64,000 nt of DNA. Origin: Vicinamibacteria bacterium (GTDB lineage: Bacteria > Acidobacteriota > Vicinamibacteria > Marinacidobacterales > Marinacidobacteraceae). The DNA lies in the NCBI GenBank assembly GCA_963422395.1, contig OY729431.1, positions 160,001 through 224,000 on the forward strand, written 5' to 3'. Below the pieces are notes generated by a model. It did no database searches, had not been told where the DNA came from, and saw only the letters and a list, made by a program, of their open reading frames with translations. The position numbers and the translations under genes were made by a program. Shown here piece by piece: positions 53,859 to 61,391 of this stretch. The stretch's first letter is position 1. Every line of letters starts with the position of its first letter.

Positions 53859-53991
53859 TTGTGTTTGCTCCCGAAATGTTTCGGTAGGGCGCGGAGCGGT
53901 GGTTGGGGTCCGGTGGGCTGCTAAATGAAGGGAAATAGGGGGGTTTCGGTGAAGTCTGAGCTGGGCGCGGCGGCGGATGGGGCGTCAGCCA
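53859..53991. promoter_or_regulatory. Putative attR: inverted arm site TTGTGTTTGCT and core GGCGGA-N7-TCAGCCA
   Basis: 53859-53869 is the exact reverse complement of 21687-21697; 53972-53982 matches the reverse complement of the tRNA end at 10/11; TCAGCCA resembles the tRNA end TCCGCC(A). Confidence 0.65.
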
Positions 53992-54203
53992 CCCCCAGAA
54001 ATCAGCCCCTCACTCTCTTCGGGGGCGCAGTTCCGCCGGCCTCTTCTCCGGACGAAACACCCGCACTTCCGGCAGCGGAGCCTCCGTTGTCGGAACGCCC
54101 CGATCCTTCGGAGAGCTTCGGGCCAGAGAGGGGAAAGCTGGAGGGTGGAGAGCTGGAGGGAGAGCCGGAAGAGGGAAAGCCTGAGATAGAACCAGAGCCA
54201 GGA

Positions 54204-55712
54204 ATGGCCGCCCCAGACGCCGGCGCGGCGCCGGTGGTCGAGTCCGTGGTCGAGCCCGCTGCCACCGGCGCCGCGAAACCGAAACGGCCGTCCCCTGAGG
54301 CCGCCCCGCACCCGGAAAGCCCTTCCGTATCCGATTACCAGGTGCTCGCACTGCGCTATCGGCCGCAGACTTTCGCCGACCTGGTGGGCCAGGAAGCGAT
54401 CGCGCGCACCCTCCAGAATGCGATCCGCAAGGGTCGGATATGGCATGCCTTCCTCTTCGCCGGACCGCGGGGCGTGGGCAAGACGACCACTGCCCGGATC
54501 CTCGCCAAGGCGCTCAACTGCTCCGAGACCGGCGGTCCGAATCCGGAACCCTGTGGTGTCTGCCCCTCCTGCCGGGAGATCGCCGGCGGTTACTCCCGGG
54601 ATGTCCCCGAGATAGACGGGGCGAGCAACAACAGCGTGGAGAAGGCGCGGGAGATCATCGAGACCGCCCACTACACCCCGGTCCGCGACCGATTCAAGAT
54701 CTTCCTCGTGGACGAAGTCCACATGCTGAGCAGCGGAGCGTTCAATGCACTGCTCAAAACCCTCGAAGAGCCTCCCGGTCATGTGAAGTTCCTCTTCGCC
54801 ACCACCGAGATCCACAAGATTCCCGACACCATCCTCTCCCGCTGCCAGGAGTTCGAATTCCGGGCGGTGCCGCAGCGCGCGGTGGTGGACCGGCTCCGCC
54901 ACATCGTGGACGACCAGGAGTTCGGGATCGAGCCGGAGGCGCTGGCGCAGATCGCCCGATTCGGCCAGGGCAGTTTGCGCGATGCGGTGTCGGCGCTCGA
55001 TCAGGTGATCGCCGCGGTGGACGGCACGGTGAGCGCCGGCGATGTCAGCGAAGTGCTCGGCGTTCCGGATGTCGCGATGTGTCGGCGAACCGCCGAGGCG
55101 ATCCAGCGGGGAGACCGCCGGGCGGTGTTCGAGGTCGTGGAGGAACTCGTCGTCGAAGGGCGGGACCTCAAACACTTCGTGACCCTGCTCATGCATTACC
55201 TGCGCGATGTAGTGGTCGCCCGGGTGGCTGCTGACAGCCCGGATCTCCTCGAGTGGCCCGGCGAGCGCGATCAGCTCGCCAGCTTCGCGGAGAAGTTCAG
55301 CGAGGAGGATCTGCTCCGCAGTCTCGATGTCCTCACGAGGAGCGAGGAGGGGCTTCGCTGGTCTCCCGAACCGCGTTTCCACCTCGAGATGGCCCTTCTC
55401 AAACTGGTGGAAATGCCGCGCCTCGCGGCTTTCGACCGACTTCTCGAAACGCTCGACCAGTCCTCGGAACCCGCTGCCGCAACGAAATCCGTGCCGCCTC
55501 CCGGGCTTGCGCAGCGGGGGACCCCAGACCTCCGGGACTCCCGGCCGCCCCCGCCGGCAGTCGTCGACGAGTATCAGAAGACCTTCGGAGGCACTATCGT
55601 TTCCACGAAACCGCCGCCTGCTCCGCACCGTCTCGCCGGGGCGGACGATCCGTCGGGCGGCGACGGACACGGCCCGGACCGCGGTCACCCGAGCGCTGGA
55701 GGAAGAAGATGA
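54204..55712 (+). CDS. dnaX: DNA polymerase III subunit gamma/tau
   Basis: YQVLALRYRPQTFADLVGQ, GPRGVGKTT, EIDGASN, DEVHMLS, TILSRCQ; start uncertain (the ORF-track start 53925 lies inside the prophage end). Confidence 0.96.
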   Translation: MAAPDAGAAPVVESVVEPAATGAAKPKRPSPEAAPHPESPSVSDYQVLALRYRPQTFADLVGQEAIARTLQNAIRKGRIWHAFLFAGPRGVGKTTTARILAKALNCSETGGPNPEPCGVCPSCREIAGGYSRDVPEIDGASNNSVEKAREIIETAHYTPVRDRFKIFLVDEVHMLSSGAFNALLKTLEEPPGHVKFLFATTEIHKIPDTILSRCQEFEFRAVPQRAVVDRLRHIVDDQEFGIEPEALAQIARFGQGSLRDAVSALDQVIAAVDGTVSAGDVSEVLGVPDVAMCRRTAEAIQRGDRRAVFEVVEELVVEGRDLKHFVTLLMHYLRDVVVARVAADSPDLLEWPGERDQLASFAEKFSEEDLLRSLDVLTRSEEGLRWSPEPRFHLEMALLKLVEMPRLAAFDRLLETLDQSSEPAAATKSVPPPGLAQRGTPDLRDSRPPPPAVVDEYQKTFGGTIVSTKPPPAPHRLAGADDPSGGDGHGPDRGHPSAGGRR

Positions 55713-56014
55713 TCTCGAAGTTCATTCAGGCCACGAAACAGATGGGCCAGCTGCGCAAGTTGAAGCGGCAGCTGGAGTCCCTCGAGAGCGAGGGGGCGGC
55801 CGGCGCCGGCATGGTCCGGGTGCGGATGAACGGAGCCCGGCTGGTGCGCCGGGTGACGATCGACCCGGAAGTCGTGAAGGGCGGTGATGTGGAGCTTCTC
55901 GAGGATCTGGTGAAAGCGGCGGTCAACGACGCTTCCCGGAAGGTCGATCAGCAACTGCAGGCGCAGCTCGCTTCGGCGGAAGAGTTGGGACGATCGGTGG
56001 CCGGCCGCCGATGA
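55709..56014 (+). CDS. ybaB: YbaB/EbfC nucleoid-associated protein
   Basis: GAAGAGMVRVRMNG...IDP...DVELLEDLVKAAVNDA; between dnaX and recR. Confidence 0.94.
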   Translation: MISKFIQATKQMGQLRKLKRQLESLESEGAAGAGMVRVRMNGARLVRRVTIDPEVVKGGDVELLEDLVKAAVNDASRKVDQQLQAQLASAEELGRSVAGRR

Positions 56015-56610
56015 ACGGCCTGCCGGAGCCACTCGTCGAGCTCATCGACGAGCTGAAGCGGCTCCCCGGCATCGGGGAAAAGTCGGCGCAACGGATCGCC
56101 TTCCACTTGCTTCGGGCGAGCCCGGAACGCGCCCGCTCCCTCGGCGGGGCCGCCGCCGCGCTCCACGAGCAGGTTTCTCGTTGCGATGTCTGCGGCAATG
56201 TCACCGATGTCCAGCCGTGCGTTTTCTGTCGCGATCCGGGTCGCAGCGACCGCGTCCTCTGTGTCGTCGAGGACCCCGCGGACATCGACGCGGTCGAAAA
56301 GGCCGGTGCGTTCACCGGTCGCTACCATGTTCTCGCTGGGAATGCCCTTCCGCGCCAGACCTCCGAAAGCGACGACCGGCGGCTCGCGGCACTGGTGCAC
56401 CGCGTCCGCGAGGGCCGGTTCGAGGAAGTGATCGTGGCCACGAATCCCACCCACGACGGGGAAGCTGCCGCTGCCTGGCTCGCCCACCTGCTGAAGCCCG
56501 AGGGCATTCGGGTGACCCGGATCGGGATTGGCATCCCGATGGGCAGCGAGATCATCCACACCGACCAGACCACCATGGCCGAGGCCCTCCAGCATCGCAG
56601 CACACTCTGA
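56011..56610 (+). CDS. recR: Recombination mediator RecR
   Basis: LPGIGEKSAQRIAFHLL, C4 zinc finger, TOPRIM motif EVIVATNPTHDGEAAA. Confidence 0.96.
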   Translation: MNGLPEPLVELIDELKRLPGIGEKSAQRIAFHLLRASPERARSLGGAAAALHEQVSRCDVCGNVTDVQPCVFCRDPGRSDRVLCVVEDPADIDAVEKAGAFTGRYHVLAGNALPRQTSESDDRRLAALVHRVREGRFEEVIVATNPTHDGEAAAAWLAHLLKPEGIRVTRIGIGIPMGSEIIHTDQTTMAEALQHRSTL

Positions 56611-56863
56611 CCGATCAGGGAGCGCTGCCGAGCGGCTTCGCTCGCCCATCTTTTTCATTTGCGGTGTCGGGGCTGCATCGGGTTGCTGAAGCTGGGAATG
56701 CGCCCAACGCGAGCAGGGTGATCGACCTGCCGGTGCTGACTGTCATACCTCACCAAGTCGGAATGTGAGCACATCGGTGAACTCGGATCGACGCATTCTG
56801 GGGAGAGGAAAGCCGCGGGCCGGGATATGCTCCCCGGCCCTTGCGGCGAGCGCCCGTTTGCGA

Positions 56864-56935
56864 TCCACGGTAGCTCAATGGCAGAGCAGCGGACTGTTAA
56901 TCCGTTGGTTGTAGGTTCAAGTCCTACCCGTGGAG
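56864..56935 (+). tRNA. tRNA-Asn(GTT)
   Basis: Acceptor TCCACGG/CCGTGGA; D arm GCTC-AATGGCA-GAGC; anticodon loop CTGTTAA; T arm GTAGG-TTCAAGT-CCTAC. Confidence 0.96.
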
Positions 56936-57025
56936 CCGGGCGCCAGCGACCCGCTGGGAGAAACGCACTCCAGCGTGGGGACGAAACCACCGCCGCCGGT
57001 TTTTCGGAGTGGATGCCCGGAACCG

Positions 57026-58117
57026 ATGCGCCGCCCCGACCCCCCGCCGTCCCGCCCTCCTGCCGCTCCGATCTTGGCGGCCTCGATCTTGGCGGCCTCG
57101 ATCTTGGCGGCCTCGGTCCTGGCGGTTCCGGCAGCGGGGGAAGAGACCGCCCCGCCAGCGGCGGAAGAGACCTGTCCGGCCCCCGCGCAGGATGCTCCCG
57201 TCCCCGACCCGAAGCCGCTCGTGGATGTCCACTTCCGGCTGCGGGGGCGCTTTCTCGACGAACTCGCAGACCTCGGCGACACTCAGGTCCAGCGCCTTTC
57301 CGCCTGGACGGACACGACGATCGGTGACCGCATCCGGGCTCGCGCCACCTACGACTTCGGCGCGGTCCGCATCCACGACCTCTGGATCCAGTACGACATC
57401 GGCGGGGGGCTGCGCCTCCGGGCCGGCCGCAGCTCGCCGCTCTGGCTCGCCGAGTTCACCGACGCGCCCCATGCGGTCCAGATGGTCGGCGCCGCAGTCG
57501 GCGCGGCGCTCACCCGGCCGCGCGAGACGGGTGTCTTCTGGTTCTTCGACCGGGGGCCCTACAACGCCCGATTGCACTTCGTGAACGGAAGCGGCTGGGA
57601 GGCGGACGGCAACCGCCGGAAGGATGTGCTGGCGAGCGCCGGCCGCTCCTTCGACGCCCTCGGGGCTTCCTGGAAACTGGACGCTGGCCACTACGATGGG
57701 CGCGACGGTCCGGACGGCGCGCTGATCCCCAGGCGGCAAACGGGTTTCCACCTCGACGGCGGATTCGAGCCCGGCCGCTTCTTCTTCCGCGGGGCGGCTT
57801 TTCGGCGCGAACAGGACGGCCGGAAGCATTTCGGCGGTTTCGCCCGCATCCGCAAGCGGTTTCCCCAAGGGCTCTGGGGGGCGTTGGAGTTCGGTTCGGA
57901 ATCGAATCGGGGATCCGAAGAAGCCGGATTCGAAGAGGACCGACCCGAAGACTCCGGCCGCGCCAGCTATTGGATCGTCGGGACCCGCTACGAGCTTCCC
58001 TGGACGCTCACCTATCTGGCGGCCGACTACCGCCGCCGCTTCGGCACGGTCTCCGACCACGAAGTCCTTCTCGTCTTCCAGTGGATTCTCGACTTCCGGA
58101 ATCCGCGGCGGAACTGA
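57026..58117 (+). CDS. Outer-membrane porin-like protein (phosphate-selective porin O/P-like)
   Basis: Signal peptide; amphipathic beta strands; HDLWIQY...LRLRAGR, NGSGW..DGNRRKD, C-terminal FQW. Confidence 0.65.
   Translation: MRRPDPPPSRPPAAPILAASILAASILAASVLAVPAAGEETAPPAAEETCPAPAQDAPVPDPKPLVDVHFRLRGRFLDELADLGDTQVQRLSAWTDTTIGDRIRARATYDFGAVRIHDLWIQYDIGGGLRLRAGRSSPLWLAEFTDAPHAVQMVGAAVGAALTRPRETGVFWFFDRGPYNARLHFVNGSGWEADGNRRKDVLASAGRSFDALGASWKLDAGHYDGRDGPDGALIPRRQTGFHLDGGFEPGRFFFRGAAFRREQDGRKHFGGFARIRKRFPQGLWGALEFGSESNRGSEEAGFEEDRPEDSGRASYWIVGTRYELPWTLTYLAADYRRRFGTVSDHEVLLVFQWILDFRNPRRN
57069..57125 (+). repeat. 15-bp tandem repeat CGATCTTGGCGGCCT x3-4 in the signal peptide
   Basis: Encodes ILAAS-ILAAS-ILAAS-VLA. 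Confidence 0.85.
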
Positions 58118-58189
58118 ACTTCCGCCCGCTTCCATCGTTCCGTTTCTTTTCTTCCGACTACTCCCGAATCGTCCCAGGAGGCGTTCCGC

Positions 58190-58684
58190 ATGGCCAAAGC
58201 GAAGCACTACATCCCCGACCGCACCCACGCGGTCACCCCATACCTCGTCGTCCATGACGGACAGGCCGCGGTCGCCTGGTACCAGAAGGTGTTCGGCGCC
58301 GCGGTGGACTCGATGATGGAGGGAGAAGGCGGCGTCGTGATGCACGCCGAGCTCCGGGTCGGACCGGCGCAGGTGTACCTGGCGCAGGAGCTCCCGGGTC
58401 CGCCGGCGGACGCCGGCTACATCTCGCCGAAGAATCTCGGCGGCACCACGAGCTCCGTCCACCTCTATGTCGAGGATGTGGACGCGGTGCACCGCCGCGC
58501 GGTTCAGGAAGGGGCGCGCGAGATCCAGCCTCCCGAGGATCAGTTCTGGGGCGACCGCTTCTCGACCATCGTCGATCCCTTCGGCCACCGCTGGGGGATC
58601 GCCACCCACATCGAGGATCTCAGCGAAGCAGAGCTCGAGGCGCGGGCCGCGAAGGCAGCGGCCGAGTTCGCCGCCGAAAGCTGA
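58190..58684 (+). CDS. VOC/glyoxalase (PhnB-like) family protein
   Basis: AGGAGG SD; VTPYLVV, HAELRVG, HLYVEDVD, DQFWGDR...DPFGHRW. Confidence 0.92.
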   Translation: MAKAKHYIPDRTHAVTPYLVVHDGQAAVAWYQKVFGAAVDSMMEGEGGVVMHAELRVGPAQVYLAQELPGPPADAGYISPKNLGGTTSSVHLYVEDVDAVHRRAVQEGAREIQPPEDQFWGDRFSTIVDPFGHRWGIATHIEDLSEAELEARAAKAAAEFAAES

Positions 58685-58722
58685 ACCGGCCGGGCTGCGG
58701 CCGGCGCGGAACGATCCCGCCC

Positions 58723-60564
58723 TCAGAGCGTTCTGAGGAACGCGATCAGGGCGGGCAGATCTTCGCCAGCTACCTCGACTCCGTGCCCCGGATGGACGCG
58801 GAAGACCTCTTCGAGCGAACCGGCCGAGCCGTCGTGGAGCAGCCGGCGGCGGAGCCGCACTCCCCGCAGCGAAGGCGGGTTGAACCGATGGTTGCCGAGC
58901 TCGTCGGCGAGCCCCACATCGTGGGCGCCCGGCGAGGTGTACTCCGGGGCGCGGTGGCAGCGGTCACAGGAATAGCGGGCGAAAGCTTCTCGTCCGCGCG
59001 CCAGCAGTCCGCCCCCCGGCGGTGCCGCCGCTGCGGCTGCAAACGCCGGCAATTCCAGAGTTCGCAGGTAGGCCGTCAGATCCCGCACTTCCGCAGCGGC
59101 CAGCGTTCGCCCGCGGAGGGTGGTCCGCACCGACTGGACCACCTGGTCTTCGAGCCGCCGGATCTGCCCGTCCCACGCCCACGGCTTCGTGTCGCGCACC
59201 CCCAGGAGCGAAAGCACCCGCTTCGGCGCGCCGTAGTTCCCGTCGCCGAGGGTGTCCGAGAGCCGGTGGTTCGTGTGCCCGCGGGTGTGGCAGCTCGCGC
59301 AGCTCATCCACCCCCGGAGCGAGAGACTCGCATCGTGGAACAGCATCTCGCCCCGGTCGGCGGCGGTCAGCGGTGCGGGCGGACCGAGCGGTGCTCGGGC
59401 GATCTCCTGCTGCAGGTCGAGGGATACCACCGAGATGGAATCGGAACGGGTGTTCGCCACATAGAGCCGGCCGCCGCTTCCCGAGACCATCGCCGAAGGG
59501 CCGCGGCCCACTCGGACATGGCTCGTCTGGCGGGCGTCCACGGCGCCGAAAGCCAGCCGTCCGACCCCCGAGAGTGCTACCGCCAAGCGGCCGTCCGCTC
59601 CTGCGATCAGCGCCGCTGGATCCCCCGAGGGCGTCAGCACATTGCCGAGATCGAGCACCCGAGTGCGCCGCTCGAGGCGCGGACTGCCGGATCGGAGGTC
59701 GTCCACCGGCAGCAGGCTGACGCTGTTCGTGAGGAACACCCCCCAGCGGATGTCGTCCGAGCTGGTGTGCATCCCGGAATGGAGTTCCTGGTGCGCTACC
59801 GCGACTCGCGTTCCCCCGGGAAGCAGCGCCAGGCCCCGCAGGTTGTGGGCGCTCAGCTCCCGGACCCGGAGCACCTGTCCGTCTTCGGCTGAGACCACCG
59901 CGAGGCCGCCGGCGAAACCGTCGGCCGCCAGCAGCGTCCGGTCGTCGAGGAAGAGCAGTTCCTGCGCCTCGAACGGCAGCCCGGCTTCGGCCCGCGGCGT
60001 CTCCAGACCGCCCGGGCCATCGAGGTCGTACAGCACCACCCGGCGGGACCAGAGACAGGACACCGCGAGGGTTCCGCCCCGAAGTGCGGTGCGCATCGGA
60101 TGGCGGCAGGTTGGAAACGCGGCGGCGACCTCCACGAGCGGGGTTTCGACCGCGGTCGGGAAAGGAACGGGGCCCCGCGGAGGCGCCGGCGCGACCCGCA
60201 GCAGCAGGAGCGCGTGGCGTTCGTGGTCCACGGCGACCACTGCGGGCGCGGGCGGCTTTCCCGCGCTGCCGGAACGGGTCGGAAGCGGCTCGAGGTCGGT
60301 GATCTCGCCGCCGACCGCAGTTTCCCCCAGCAGGATCAGGTCGCCCGTGCGGATCACACTGACCGAGCCGGAGCGGTTTCCCACCAAGAGCAGTTCGTCC
60401 GCCGCTCGCCCGACGATGGCGAGCGCCTGCGGCCGCTTCGGGGCGTCCGCCGCGAAAGGACCTTCGGCCGCGGCGAGAACTCGGGGAAACGCCGGAGCGA
60501 GCGGCGGCAGCGCGGCGGCGGCCAGCGTCAACGCGAGCCGGCGACCGGGAAACCGAATCCGCAT
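58723..60564 (-). CDS. Secreted YncE-like beta-propeller fused to a di-heme cytochrome c (CCP/MauG-like)
   Basis: VGRGPSAM...LYVAN..SDSISVV; GEMLFHDA..S..GWMSCASCH; CDRCH; FNPPSLRGV...LLHDGS; ATG 60564 lies 7 nt after TAGAAT. Confidence 0.85.
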   Translation of the reverse strand: MRIRFPGRRLALTLAAAALPPLAPAFPRVLAAAEGPFAADAPKRPQALAIVGRAADELLLVGNRSGSVSVIRTGDLILLGETAVGGEITDLEPLPTRSGSAGKPPAPAVVAVDHERHALLLLRVAPAPPRGPVPFPTAVETPLVEVAAAFPTCRHPMRTALRGGTLAVSCLWSRRVVLYDLDGPGGLETPRAEAGLPFEAQELLFLDDRTLLAADGFAGGLAVVSAEDGQVLRVRELSAHNLRGLALLPGGTRVAVAHQELHSGMHTSSDDIRWGVFLTNSVSLLPVDDLRSGSPRLERRTRVLDLGNVLTPSGDPAALIAGADGRLAVALSGVGRLAFGAVDARQTSHVRVGRGPSAMVSGSGGRLYVANTRSDSISVVSLDLQQEIARAPLGPPAPLTAADRGEMLFHDASLSLRGWMSCASCHTRGHTNHRLSDTLGDGNYGAPKRVLSLLGVRDTKPWAWDGQIRRLEDQVVQSVRTTLRGRTLAAAEVRDLTAYLRTLELPAFAAAAAAPPGGGLLARGREAFARYSCDRCHRAPEYTSPGAHDVGLADELGNHRFNPPSLRGVRLRRRLLHDGSAGSLEEVFRVHPGHGVEVAGEDLPALIAFLRTL

Positions 60565-60571
60565 CCGGCGC

Positions 60572-60599
60572 ATTCTACGAAAGGAACCGCCGTTAGAAT
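60572..60599. promoter_or_regulatory. Divergent pair of -10 boxes (TAGAAT on each strand)
   Basis: TAGAAT on the minus strand at 60577-60572 and on the plus strand at 60594-60599, between divergent genes. Confidence 0.6.
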
Positions 60600-60635
60600 T
60601 CCGGATCGTTTCCATACCGAACCGAGGTACCTCGA

Positions 60636-61391
60636 ATGACCGAATCGATCATGATCGAGGCGCGCGATCTCAGCAAGTTCTACGGGCCTTTCGTGGCGGT
60701 GGAGAAGGTGCGCTTCCAGATCCCGCGGGGGCAGATCGTGGCCTTCCTGGGGCCGAACGGCGCCGGGAAGACCACGACCATGAAGATGCTCACCGGCTAC
60801 TTGGCGCCGAGCGAAGGGACGGCCGAGATCGCGGGGTTCGATGTTCGCCGGGACCGTCTGGAGGCGGCCCGCCGGCTCGGCTATCTGCCGGAGAACGGGC
60901 CGCTCTATCCCGACATGACCCCAGGAGAGCTGTTGCGCTTCTTCGGGGAGGCGCGGGAGATTCCGGCGGCCCGCCTCTCCTCCCGCATCCGCGAGGTCGC
61001 TGCGCTCTCCGCCCTCGACCAGGTTCTCGAAAAGCCCATCGGGAAGCTGTCGCGCGGCCTGCGCCAGCGAGTGGGGCTCGCCCAGGCGCTGCTCCACGAC
61101 CCCGAGGTCCTCATCATGGACGAGCCCACCGCCGGGCTCGATCCGAACCAGATCCGCGAATTCCGGCGCAACATCCGCCGGCTGGGGGCGGAAAAGACGG
61201 TCCTGATCTCCACCCACATCCTGCGTGAAGTGGAAGCGGTCGCCGATCGAGTGCTGCTGGTGAACGGCGGTCGGCTGGTGTTCGATGGAGCGCCGGCGGA
61301 CCTCGAGCGGAACGGTTCGATGGAGGACACCTTCTACGAGCTCACCGGAGCGCCTGCGGGCGCCGCCGCCCGGCAAGGAGAGGCCGCCTGA
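60636..61391 (+). CDS. ABC transporter ATP-binding protein (GldA-like)
   Basis: GPNGAGKTT, LSRGLRQRVGLAQAL, IMDEPT, STH. Confidence 0.95.
   Translation: MTESIMIEARDLSKFYGPFVAVEKVRFQIPRGQIVAFLGPNGAGKTTTMKMLTGYLAPSEGTAEIAGFDVRRDRLEAARRLGYLPENGPLYPDMTPGELLRFFGEAREIPAARLSSRIREVAALSALDQVLEKPIGKLSRGLRQRVGLAQALLHDPEVLIMDEPTAGLDPNQIREFRRNIRRLGAEKTVLISTHILREVEAVADRVLLVNGGRLVFDGAPADLERNGSMEDTFYELTGAPAGAAARQGEAA

Larger units (their letters stand above)
21575..53990. mobile_element. Prophage of about 32.4 kb (siphovirus-like, HK97-type head) integrated at the tRNA-Ser 3' end
   Basis: Integrase next to the tRNA; terminase, portal, protease, capsid, tail and lysis genes; host dnaX resumes after it; symmetric end motifs (AGCAAACACAA inverted pair, TC(C/A)GCC junctions). 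Confidence 0.93.

Noticed and set aside
53989-53996. CCACCCCC direct repeat of 21561-21568 as the att core
   Set aside because: A crossover there would leave the empty site with a tRNA ending CACCCCC-AGAAAT and no acceptor stem; it is also low-complexity
53743-54200. SRP RNA (ffs), often found between tRNA-Ser and dnaX
   Set aside because: No conserved SRP helix-8 motif (CAGG..GGAA..AGCAG) seen here or upstream of the tRNA
55380-55712. E. coli-type dnaX -1 frameshift site
   Set aside because: No A AAA AAG slippery heptamer in this region
56936-57025. Second island integrated at tRNA-Asn
   Set aside because: No integrase, no duplicated tRNA end and no compositional shift downstream
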